DNA of 64,000 nucleotides, taken from an uncultured Muribaculum sp. Lineage in GTDB: Bacteria; Bacteroidota; Bacteroidia; Bacteroidales; Muribaculaceae. The position numbers were made by a program, and so were the translations under genes. The stretch covers positions 29,004 through 93,003 of the forward strand of contig CAZWWS010000001.1 in NCBI GenBank assembly GCA_964637445.1, read 5' to 3'. The notes under the pieces are model-generated. The model was not told the origin of the DNA. It was given only the letters and a program-made list of their open reading frames with translations, and ran no database searches. Positions 56,189 to 64,000 of the stretch are shown piece after piece (position 1 is the stretch's first letter; each line of letters starts with the position of its first letter).

Positions 56189-56212
56189 TTTGAAAATGAG
56201 TGAATTTATTCG

Positions 56213-59200
56213 TTAGAGAATAACTTTTGTGCGATTTACGATGTAGAATCCACGGTTGAGATCGTCGATTACATTGCGACCTGCCGATACTTCTTGTTGT
56301 ATCATACGACCATCGGCCGATACGATAGTTACGATAGCATCTTCTTCGGCATCGATATAGAGTACTCCGTCTATAGCGTAGATGTTGAGTGATTCATCGC
56401 CATTGCCTACTACGTCGGTGATGCCTGAAAGTGCAGTCTTACCGATGCGAGCCAATGAATAAGTGAGTACGTCTTCATCTTCTTTTTCTTGACTTGACGA
56501 AGGATCCATTGAGTAGTTATTGGTTACATTGTCGAAGAATACAGGGTCGTATGGAGTACCGCCCACAGGGCTTGAACCATATATATCGAGATATTGAACA
56601 CCGATACCTGTGTTGGTGATATGGCTTTCTGTAATACCGAGGAGCGACAACGGAATTTTGAATTCATAGAATGTGTGAGCCGACGCGTCTACTTCGCCAC
56701 TCAAATCAGTAAACCCATTGTTGGTTTCCAATACAGATGCATCATAATTGAAGCTGTCTTGTCCATAAATGTTAGAGATACATGACGCCAAACCATCAGC
56801 ATAGCCGTATGTTACGGTGCTTGTCTTGCAGTATGCTGCATCGTAGCTTGCATGTCCATCGGCGGTAGGAATGAAGAATCCGGGAGTACCAACACCTGGT
56901 TTGGTAGAGCCAATCCATACGGCATCTACGCCATTGTTGAACTTAGCACCGGGAGTACCTTCGTCGTTCCAAATAGCCCCGGTTCCGTTGATATAACCAT
57001 CAAATGATTTGTCAGGGTCAAGGTCGAAAGCGATCATCAAGCGACCATCCATGTTGTAAGGCTTGGATTCGCCGGGCTGCTTGCCTTCGCCATAGAGATC
57101 CCATACGGTGTAAACGAATTGCACACCAAGATAGAGATTTTCGCTATCGTATGCAGCATAGATGGCATAAGAGTCAATAATAGGACGCTCGTGGTTGCCC
57201 TTCATCGCTTGCGATACGTCGCGAGCTACACCTTGCGCGATGAGTTCTGCATCGCTCCAGTTGCTGAGCGCATTTGTGGCGTTTTGGTTGTTGAATGACA
57301 TATTGATGGTCTTTCTTGTTCCAACTTGGCCATTCGGATTGGTCTTGTAATAGTCAGTGTTGAGGCTATTACCGGTCGGGGTCGGAGTAGGAGTTGATTC
57401 GTCAGAACGGGTAAATGTAGCTTCTGCAGTTGTGCTGCCGTATGCATTGGTTGCAGAGATGGTGAGAGTGCCTGTTTGTCCATCGTTGAGGTAAGAACTT
57501 ACGGCAATTGTGTTTGACCCATTTGCCAATGTAACGGCTGTGCCATTGAAATCAGCAGTGATAGAAGTCGGTTCGCCGGCGATTGTCACAGTGATATTTG
57601 AAGTGCCCTTAACTGTGCCACCATTAGGTGAAATGGTTACTGTAGGAGCAACTTCTGTGTTGTCTTGATACTCAGAGTGAGAGCCATCCGCTTTGTATAT
57701 GTGACCGGTTACCCAAGCCAAATCATCGGTCTGTGTTGACCCATTGTTAAAGATGACGTTAGCCGGTTCTGTTGTAGAAGTGTATGAATAAATGTTATTG
57801 CCAAGAGCGGTCATTGCAACACCGGGCCATGCGCCATTTTGGTCTGACTCTCCTGTAGTCCAAGCATAGCAATATACAGTAGACCAATTGCTGCCGGAAT
57901 TGTCAAAGTAAACAGTATATCCGGAAACGGGGTCGGGATCGGGGTTCACGGGGGTATCGCCATTGCTGAACACAACTTTAGTGCTTGTAGCCCCGTTGTC
58001 GTTCATGATGTATGAACCGCTGTAAGTAAGGTCGCCTGTTTGAGTAGAACCATTTGTGTTGAACACAATACCGGTTGTTCCGCTTGCCACTTTTGCCACT
58101 TTGTATGTATTGCCATCTGAGCCTTTTGCCGATACAAATGCCACACCGGGCCAAGTTGACGCTGAAGCACCACCCCAATAGTGAACGTGAGTGTGGTTAC
58201 CACTGTATGCGATGTTGTAGTCACCGGTGATAGTAACGCCATCCGTAACTACATTATCATTTCCGGTATTATCATCAGTATCCTCTGAAGAACCGGCAGA
58301 TGAAAGGGTAACGGTCATTGTTGACAAGTTGGCAACAACTTTGTAGGTGCCGGCAGGAGCAAGCCATGAATACGCCGCCGATGCATTAACATTAGCAGCA
58401 AATTTTGTTATAGAAGCCGAAGTAGAGATTGTAGCATTATTCGATGCAGCACCGTAACGGTCGCTGGCATTAACTGCATCCCAGTCGGAACCTTGAACAG
58501 TCACAAAAGAGAAGAATGAGCCATCAGCATCGCTTGCTTTTGTCAAGTTAACGCTGTTCCAAGTGTAAACACCGCTTGATACGTTGTCGGCAGCGATTGA
58601 AGTAGAAGTACCCCAGCTGTTAACCGTACCGATGAGGTAGAGTTGAGAGGGATAATTTCCGGTATTGCCGGAATTTCCGTTATCATCTCCGGTATTGTCA
58701 TCAATTTCGGGAGCCTCGCCGTCGATAACAAGAACGGCAATTCCTGATGAGCCTACATTACCCGATATAGTAGAAGCGGTCACCGTGAATGTGCCACCGG
58801 AAACTTGGTCGATATAAGTGCCGGCGGGACAGTAGCCACCACCGTTTGCGATAGAAACGCTGCCTGAACCGCTACCTTTAACGATAGTCGCACCAACGCC
58901 TTTACGAGTCACGCTGACCACGCCGTTTGACGAAGTGAAATAGTCGGCAGCGCCCACTGCTTTGTTGCGAAGTTTATTGACAGCGGCGATATGATTTGAC
59001 TTAAAGTTGGTAGAGCCTTTCACACCCACTTTGATAGCGTCCTTGGATGTAGCGGAAGGACGTGAGAAGTAGAGCGAAGAAGCGCCGTTGCGGCAAGCGA
59101 TGATGGCCCATGCGCGGTCGATAACGGCTTGTGAAACGTGGGTAGAAGCCTGCCATTCATTTGAATAGTCATCGTGGCTCTCAGCCCAATACACCACTTT

Positions 59201-60031
59201 GCTGTCGGCGATAGTACTTGCAGCCCAGCCGGCATAGCCTGAGGGCACGCCACCACCGTTAACCGAATTACGAACACCGCTTGAATATCCGTTGTCGGTC
59301 ACCGACATATAAGTTGTGTATTCTTTCATTACGGCGTTACCATCGCCACCGGGGCTGTCGAGGATTTCGCCATAGTGCCACATTCCCGACACCGAAGTAA
59401 CGGTCGACCAGAAGTTACAACCTTCTGAAGGCAGACCGATATGTTTAGCGGCGTCCCAACGAATACCGTCGACACCGCAGGCTTTAAGTTCTTCTACATA
59501 TGCTTTAGCGCGTGCCTGAACTTCTGAATCTTCAGAGTTAGCATCGCCATAGTCGCCAAGCTGTCCGTGAGTGATAGAGTAACGGTTGCTATAGTCAATA
59601 CCACCGTTATAACGCAAACGACCATTTGAATTCCACCATGAATCGCGGTGAGACGACGAACCGTTTACGTGGTTGGCCACAACGTCAACAATCACTTTGA
59701 TACCGCGCTCGTGAGCAGCCGCACAAAGGCTTGTGAGCGACGTTTTATTACCTATGCCATTGGCTACGAGTTTGAAGTCGTAGGGCAAATAGCAATAGTA
59801 CCATTCTGCACCTGAGTTTGCACTTCCCTGCAATGGGGATAACTGAACTGCGCCAAAACCTGCATTGGCGATGTTGTCGAGCTCTTCCTGTACTTGAGCA
59901 CACGACCAATCGAAACAGTGAAGGATATTGCCATCCTGGATATTGGCGGGCAAACCATAGTCGGCAGCATTCGCGCTGAAGACTACAGACAATAAGAGCA
60001 TACTAAGCCCTAAAAAAGAAAATTTTTTCAT
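56213..60031 (-). CDS. T9SS-secreted GH13 alpha-amylase with multiple starch-binding modules
   Basis: GH13 regions are I VDVVANH, II GIRWDAAKH, III YGEILD and IV YWAESHDD. Two CBM25/26-like modules follow (HVHYWGG..TWPGVAF...IVFNTNGSTQTGD; VYCYAWT...GAWPGVAM...VIFNNGSTQTDD), then an Ig-like domain, a ~280-aa C-terminal beta-rich domain and a T9SS CTD. The start is set at the ATG (MKKFSFLGL...); the track uses GTG 60040. Confidence 0.9.
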   Translation of the reverse strand: MKKFSFLGLSMLLLSVVFSANAADYGLPANIQDGNILHCFDWSCAQVQEELDNIANAGFGAVQLSPLQGSANSGAEWYYCYLPYDFKLVANGIGNKTSLTSLCAAAHERGIKVIVDVVANHVNGSSSHRDSWWNSNGRLRYNGGIDYSNRYSITHGQLGDYGDANSEDSEVQARAKAYVEELKACGVDGIRWDAAKHIGLPSEGCNFWSTVTSVSGMWHYGEILDSPGGDGNAVMKEYTTYMSVTDNGYSSGVRNSVNGGGVPSGYAGWAASTIADSKVVYWAESHDDYSNEWQASTHVSQAVIDRAWAIIACRNGASSLYFSRPSATSKDAIKVGVKGSTNFKSNHIAAVNKLRNKAVGAADYFTSSNGVVSVTRKGVGATIVKGSGSGSVSIANGGGYCPAGTYIDQVSGGTFTVTASTISGNVGSSGIAVLVIDGEAPEIDDNTGDDNGNSGNTGNYPSQLYLIGTVNSWGTSTSIAADNVSSGVYTWNSVNLTKASDADGSFFSFVTVQGSDWDAVNASDRYGAASNNATISTSASITKFAANVNASAAYSWLAPAGTYKVVANLSTMTVTLSSAGSSEDTDDNTGNDNVVTDGVTITGDYNIAYSGNHTHVHYWGGASASTWPGVAFVSAKGSDGNTYKVAKVASGTTGIVFNTNGSTQTGDLTYSGSYIMNDNGATSTKVVFSNGDTPVNPDPDPVSGYTVYFDNSGSNWSTVYCYAWTTGESDQNGAWPGVAMTALGNNIYSYTSTTEPANVIFNNGSTQTDDLAWVTGHIYKADGSHSEYQDNTEVAPTVTISPNGGTVKGTSNITVTIAGEPTSITADFNGTAVTLANGSNTIAVSSYLNDGQTGTLTISATNAYGSTTAEATFTRSDESTPTPTPTGNSLNTDYYKTNPNGQVGTRKTINMSFNNQNATNALSNWSDAELIAQGVARDVSQAMKGNHERPIIDSYAIYAAYDSENLYLGVQFVYTVWDLYGEGKQPGESKPYNMDGRLMIAFDLDPDKSFDGYINGTGAIWNDEGTPGAKFNNGVDAVWIGSTKPGVGTPGFFIPTADGHASYDAAYCKTSTVTYGYADGLASCISNIYGQDSFNYDASVLETNNGFTDLSGEVDASAHTFYEFKIPLSLLGITESHITNTGIGVQYLDIYGSSPVGGTPYDPVFFDNVTNNYSMDPSSSQEKEDEDVLTYSLARIGKTALSGITDVVGNGDESLNIYAIDGVLYIDAEEDAIVTIVSADGRMIQQEVSAGRNVIDDLNRGFYIVNRTKVIL
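56216..56455 (-). other. T9SS C-terminal sorting domain
   Basis: ...LNIYAIDGVLYIDAEEDAIVTIVSADGRMIQQEVSAGRNVIDDLNRGFYIVNRTKVIL. Confidence 0.75.
58721..59962 (-). other. GH13 catalytic domain
   Basis: It contains the four conserved GH13 regions with the Asp/Glu/Asp catalytic triad (RWD, GEI, HD). Confidence 0.85.
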
Positions 60032-60097
60032 GAAAAACACTATATATTAAATGGTTAAATTAGTTCCGGTTTTTAATCTCGATTTAGGTAAACAGCG

Positions 60098-60105
60098 CAA
60101 ATTTA
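60098..60105 (-). promoter_or_regulatory. -7 box TAAATTTG (minus strand) for the amylase gene
   Basis: A TAnnTTTG match lies ~67 nt upstream of the ATG at 60031. Confidence 0.35.
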
Positions 60106-60152
60106 ATCAATTAATATCTATTTCACAAAAAGATTGTAATATTTAAGGCTCT

Positions 60153-60929
60153 TTAACTATCGATCGTACCTAAACGAGATAGTCGGTGCTCAAGGTCGGT
60201 AGAGCTAAGGCGAGTTGATAATACCCCATGGTGGGCTACGGAGATATTGCCGGTTTCCTCTGATACAATGATGGCAAAAGCATCGGTGGCTTGCGAAATG
60301 CCTAAAGCCGAGCGATGTCGCAAACCAAATGAGCGGGGTACATTTGTGTCATGGCTTACGGGCAATATACATCCGGCTGATTTAATTCGATCGTGGGCTA
60401 TGATAAGTGCTCCATCGTGCAATGGGGAGTTCTTGAAAAATATATTTTCGATAAGGCGTGTGTTGATGGTTGCATCAATGATATCGCCTGTTTTTTCATA
60501 ATTGTCGAGCGAAATATTTTGTTCGATAACGATTAAAGCACCTGTTTTGCTTTTTGACATGTTCATGCAAGCGTAGACAATCGGCATGGTCCAACGCCGG
60601 GAATCGTCGACGGCAGATTTTTTGTGCCGAAATAGTTGCTTAAGAAAATTCCATCGATGGTGCGACCCTAATTCTACAAGAAACCGCTTTATTTGGTCTT
60701 GAAACAATATGACAAGTATAAGCAAACCGATGCTCATAAACTTGTCGAGTATAGTGCCTATAAGCCTCATTTCAAGAATCTCGGATGCTACGACCCATAC
60801 CGCAATAAAAGCGAGCACTCCAATGAAAATATTGATAGTGCCTGACTCTTTCATTATTCGATACAGATAGAATAGTAGAAAGGCTACTAATATAATGTCA
60901 AGAGCATCTTTTATTCCAAATGAGTCCAT
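60153..60929 (-). CDS. cdaA: diadenylate cyclase CdaA (c-di-AMP synthase)
   Basis: The 258-aa protein has three N-terminal TMs plus a DAC domain (GALIVIE, HDGALII, GLRHRSALG, SEETG). Confidence 0.9.
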   Translation of the reverse strand: MDSFGIKDALDIILVAFLLFYLYRIMKESGTINIFIGVLAFIAVWVVASEILEMRLIGTILDKFMSIGLLILVILFQDQIKRFLVELGSHHRWNFLKQLFRHKKSAVDDSRRWTMPIVYACMNMSKSKTGALIVIEQNISLDNYEKTGDIIDATINTRLIENIFFKNSPLHDGALIIAHDRIKSAGCILPVSHDTNVPRSFGLRHRSALGISQATDAFAIIVSEETGNISVAHHGVLSTRLSSTDLEHRLSRLGTIDS

Positions 60930-60938
60930 ATCCGGTTG

Positions 60939-61796
60939 CTATGATTTATTGAGAGGAAAAGTATTTTCGACCAACTTAACGGCTTCTATTGCTTCTTTCA
61001 CATCATGTACTCGCAAAATGGATGCACCGCCAAGCAGTGCGATTGTATTGATGACGGTCGTTCCATTTAGTGCTTCATCGGGAGTGATACCAAGTGCTTT
61101 ATATATCATGGATTTGCGAGAAACACCGATAAGAAGCGGACGCTCAAGGCTATGGAATGCCTCTATATTACGAAGCATTTCATAGTTTTGTTCTGTGGTC
61201 TTGCTGAATCCGAATCCGGGGTCTACGATTACATCGTTTACCCCGAGCAAAGCCAATGTTCTGGTTTTCGTTGATAAATCGGCAATAACGTCGGCAGTTA
61301 CATCGGAATATTCACACAATGTGTTCATATTTTCCGGCCGGCCTCTCATGTGCATCAAGATATACGGAACGTTAAGTCGGGCAACCATATCAAACATTTT
61401 GTCATCCAGAGCTCCCCCCGAAATGTCGTTAATTATATCCACTCCCATTTCTTCGATAGCTTGTCGAGCGACATCTGCTCTAAACGTGTCAACCGACACA
61501 AGGATGTCGGGAGCAATTTCTCGAAGAAGCTTCATGCCTCGCGACAATCGGGCGATTTCCTCTTCAGGGCTTACCTCGTCGGCTCCGGGGCGCGAAGAGT
61601 ATGCACCGATGTCAATCATATCAGCCCCTTGCGAGACCAAACATTCTATGCGACGTGCAATACTCCCTTCATCGATAGTCCGCGAGCCGGCATAAAACGA
61701 GTCGGGGGTTACGTTGAGTATCCCCATGATTTGCGGGCGAGCAAACTCATATAGTTTGCCACGGATATTAAGCGAAAATGGAACAAACGAACTCAC
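60939..61796 (-). CDS. folP: dihydropteroate synthase
   Basis: The 285-aa protein has IMGILNVTPDSFYAG, GADMIDIGAYSSRPG, INDISGG, DPGFGF and GVSRKS. Confidence 0.93.
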   Translation of the reverse strand: MSSFVPFSLNIRGKLYEFARPQIMGILNVTPDSFYAGSRTIDEGSIARRIECLVSQGADMIDIGAYSSRPGADEVSPEEEIARLSRGMKLLREIAPDILVSVDTFRADVARQAIEEMGVDIINDISGGALDDKMFDMVARLNVPYILMHMRGRPENMNTLCEYSDVTADVIADLSTKTRTLALLGVNDVIVDPGFGFSKTTEQNYEMLRNIEAFHSLERPLLIGVSRKSMIYKALGITPDEALNGTTVINTIALLGGASILRVHDVKEAIEAVKLVENTFPLNKS

Positions 61797-61859
61797 AATC
61801 TTAGCGTTTTACGTTATCTGACTGCGAATGTAGCAAAAATAAGCCATTTCGCCAAATTT

Positions 61860-63206
61860 TTATAAGACTCCAAGACCGCACAAGAATACCAATGCAATAC
61901 ATATCGGAGCTACATATTTTAAGCAAAAGACTATAGCCCCGAGAGTCCTGACACTGACTTTCCCATAATTAGTCACCTCATTGCGAACTATGCTCTGGTC
62001 AAGTACCCAACCTACGAAAATTGATATAGCCATACCGCCGACCGGCAGAAGAATATTTGAGGATATAAAGTCGAACAAATCAAATATTGTCTTTCCGCAA
62101 ATCTGAATATGATTCAGGCTGCCGAACGATAGAGCGCATAGTGAGCCGAATACTGCTGCTATGAAATAATTGAGCCATGTGGCTTTGCGACGCGACATAT
62201 TCTTTTCTTCCACAAAATAAGCTATTGATATTTCGCTCATCGAAATTGTAGAAGTGATTGATGCAAAAAACAGTAAGATGAAAAATAGGGTGGACCATAT
62301 CATCCCGCCCGGAAGATCTATAAATATTGATGGAAGTATTTCAAACACCAGTTTTGGACCTGCTTCGGGCTGCAGTCCATAGGTAAATATTGCCGGAAAA
62401 ATAATGACTCCGGCCAATATTGCTACCATTGTATCCAATCCGGCAATAATGCTTGCGCTTCTCACAAGACGTGTTTGTCGATTGAAATAACTTGAATACG
62501 TTATAAGGCATCCGAGACCAAGGCTGAGCGAGAAAAATGCTTGTCCCATCGCTCCCATCAAGACTGATGAGTCGATTTTTGAGAAGTCGGGCTTGAATAG
62601 GAATGTAAGACCTTCCTTGGCTCCCGACATGGTGAGAGAGTTTATACAGAAAATTATGAGGATAAGAAATAGTGCCGGCATCATGATGTTTGACATTCGT
62701 TCGATGCCTTTTTGTACCCCTCGCAATAATATCCATAGGTTGAGTGTGAGGAATATTATAGTCCACATCAATGGTCGCCAATTTGAAGTGCTGAATGCAT
62801 CAAATTGCGTGTGCAACGCCTCTTGTGTGTGCATTCCCGAAAATCCGATGATAGATTGATAGATATATTCCAATGTCCAGCCTGCTACAACGGAATAGAA
62901 ACTTAAAATCATCAGCGATGACGTCAGGCCGATATAGCCGACCCAACTCCAAGAGCGGTTGCGCGCTAATTTGTGAAATGCTCCGGCTATGTTGCTACCG
63001 GTGTGTCGTCCGATTATAAATTCAGCTGTGATAACCGGAATGCCGACAACAAAAATGATAAACAAATATATGATGAGAAATGCTCCACCGCCGTGCATAC
63101 CGGCTTCGTAGGGAAAACGCCAAATGTTACCTAATCCTACTGCCGACCCTACGGTCGTGGCTATCACGCCTAATTTTGTGGCAAATTGTGCTCTCGATTC
63201 TGTCAT
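61860..63206 (-). CDS. sodium-dependent transporter (neurotransmitter:sodium symporter / SNF family)
   Basis: The 448-aa protein has GSAVGLGNIWRFPY and ~11-12 TM segments. Confidence 0.9.
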   Translation of the reverse strand: MTESRAQFATKLGVIATTVGSAVGLGNIWRFPYEAGMHGGGAFLIIYLFIIFVVGIPVITAEFIIGRHTGSNIAGAFHKLARNRSWSWVGYIGLTSSLMILSFYSVVAGWTLEYIYQSIIGFSGMHTQEALHTQFDAFSTSNWRPLMWTIIFLTLNLWILLRGVQKGIERMSNIMMPALFLILIIFCINSLTMSGAKEGLTFLFKPDFSKIDSSVLMGAMGQAFFSLSLGLGCLITYSSYFNRQTRLVRSASIIAGLDTMVAILAGVIIFPAIFTYGLQPEAGPKLVFEILPSIFIDLPGGMIWSTLFFILLFFASITSTISMSEISIAYFVEEKNMSRRKATWLNYFIAAVFGSLCALSFGSLNHIQICGKTIFDLFDFISSNILLPVGGMAISIFVGWVLDQSIVRNEVTNYGKVSVRTLGAIVFCLKYVAPICIALVFLCGLGVL

Positions 63207-63227
63207 TATTATAATTGAATATGATGG

Positions 63228-63530
63228 TTACTGATTTATCGGGGGGAGTGGTTGTGATAATGGATCACGTTTTATAGGGGCTTGTTGTGGCTTTGATGTC
63301 TTGTGGATCTTTTTCTTCCGTCGTTTACGTATGGCTGTCGTATCATTGACCTGTTTGTTCGGACTTTTTGCTATGGCAGTGGCGCTGTCAGGTATTATTG
63401 CTGATGCCGGCTCATCATGGCGCGAAGTAGAAACAACCAATATGATAACCACAGCTATGATAGCAATTAAGACGATAAAACCGCGACGTTCGCCGGCTGT
63501 GAGAGTCAATATTTTTCTAAGATTACTCAT
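63228..63530 (-). CDS. small single-TM hypothetical protein
   Basis: It starts MSNLRKILTLTAGERRGFIVLIAIIAVVIILVV, followed by a basic/Pro-rich tail. Its ATG overlaps the upstream stop (TGATG). Confidence 0.45.
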   Translation of the reverse strand: MSNLRKILTLTAGERRGFIVLIAIIAVVIILVVSTSRHDEPASAIIPDSATAIAKSPNKQVNDTTAIRKRRKKKIHKTSKPQQAPIKRDPLSQPLPPINQ

Positions 63531-64000
63531 CAAAACGCTACGGATATTAATATTCCTGCAATTAGGATTGGTGCAACCCACTTTACGATGAAATGAATTA
63601 TTCCGAACACATGACTCTTTATCGTTCCGTGATTAGTGAGCTCGTTACGGAAAAATTTCTTTGGAGCAATCCATCCCATATATACGCACATGAGGATGGA
63701 GCTTATGGGTAGCATAATATTGGTAGCTGTGTGGTCGAGGAAATCGAATATATTGCGTTCTCCTATTGTAAAGTCTGACCAAACACCGACCGATAGTGAA
63801 CAAATGGAACTCAGTACGAATAGAGGTAGAATGACTATTATGCAGGCTTTGATGCGTTTCATGTTGAATTGCTCTTGTAAGAATGCAATAGCAACCTCGC
63901 CCAAAGATATGGTAGAGGTAAAAGCAGCAACTGTCAACAAAAAGAAGAATAGTACTGACCATAATTGTGTTAATGGCATTTGGGCAAAGATTTCAGGTAA
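63530..64000 (-). CDS. second SNF-family sodium-dependent transporter (partial; N-terminus beyond the right edge)
   Basis: The frame stays open to position 64000 (...LPEIFAQMPLTQLWSVLFFFLLTVAAFTSTISLGEVAIAF...). It aligns with the C-terminal third of 61860-63206. Confidence 0.85.
   Translation of the reverse strand, partial: LPEIFAQMPLTQLWSVLFFFLLTVAAFTSTISLGEVAIAFLQEQFNMKRIKACIIVILPLFVLSSICSLSVGVWSDFTIGERNIFDFLDHTATNIMLPISSILMCVYMGWIAPKKFFRNELTNHGTIKSHVFGIIHFIVKWVAPILIAGILISVAF

Noticed and set aside
1-64000. A search for CRISPR arrays, tRNA/rRNA genes, IS elements, prophage, restriction-modification, toxin-antitoxin or known defence genes.
   Set aside because: I saw no spaced direct-repeat arrays and no tRNA-like T-arm or rRNA sequence in the intergenic regions, all of which are 453 bp or shorter. 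No ORF carries integrase, transposase, methylase, nuclease or NTPase defence-type motifs. This was by-eye inspection only.

Overview
The window looks like a largely core chromosomal segment of a Bacteroidales (Bacteroidota) genome. The evidence is recurrent TAnnTTTG -7 promoter boxes 10-60 nt upstream of start codons, a Rho protein with a huge low-complexity insertion, two proteins with type IX secretion (T9SS) C-terminal sorting domains, and gene families typical of Bacteroidota. About 50 protein genes can be supported. Housekeeping genes are ftsH, rsfS, sdaA, ribBA, aroC, ybaK, rho, miaB, PBP1A, priA, tgt, two LptF/G-type permeases, dprA, purA, fur, cdaA and folP.

I found no tRNA, rRNA, CRISPR array, integrase, transposase, prophage, restriction-modification or toxin-antitoxin genes. 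Five less ordinary regions stand out:
- (1) 8.1-17.6 kb holds a tight seven-gene operon of unknown function. It encodes a TonB-dependent receptor, an acidic surface lipoprotein, a second outer-membrane (OM) barrel, an ABC-2 exporter, a DUF4857-like membrane protein and a Cys/His lipoprotein. A structured 450-bp leader and a membrane-anchored TPR/HTH regulator precede it. This is my best candidate for an undescribed envelope system.
- (2) 18.96-19.14 kb holds a 144-bp segment flanked by perfect 19-bp inverted repeats. Its only consensus promoter box points away from the downstream GT2 + polytopic-membrane-protein (gtr-like) pair. I read it as a putative phase-variable invertible promoter currently in the OFF orientation.
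- (3) Two giant T9SS cargo proteins share starch-binding-type modules. One is a 1299-aa DUF4886/SGNH-like esterase with an internal ~0.9-kb duplication. The other is a ~1272-aa GH13 alpha-amylase.
- (4) Three single-base deletions in short homopolymers break priA once and crcB twice.
- (5) Rho carries a ~245-aa charged, Q/N-rich insertion.

All family assignments come from reading motifs by eye and need HMM or BLAST confirmation.
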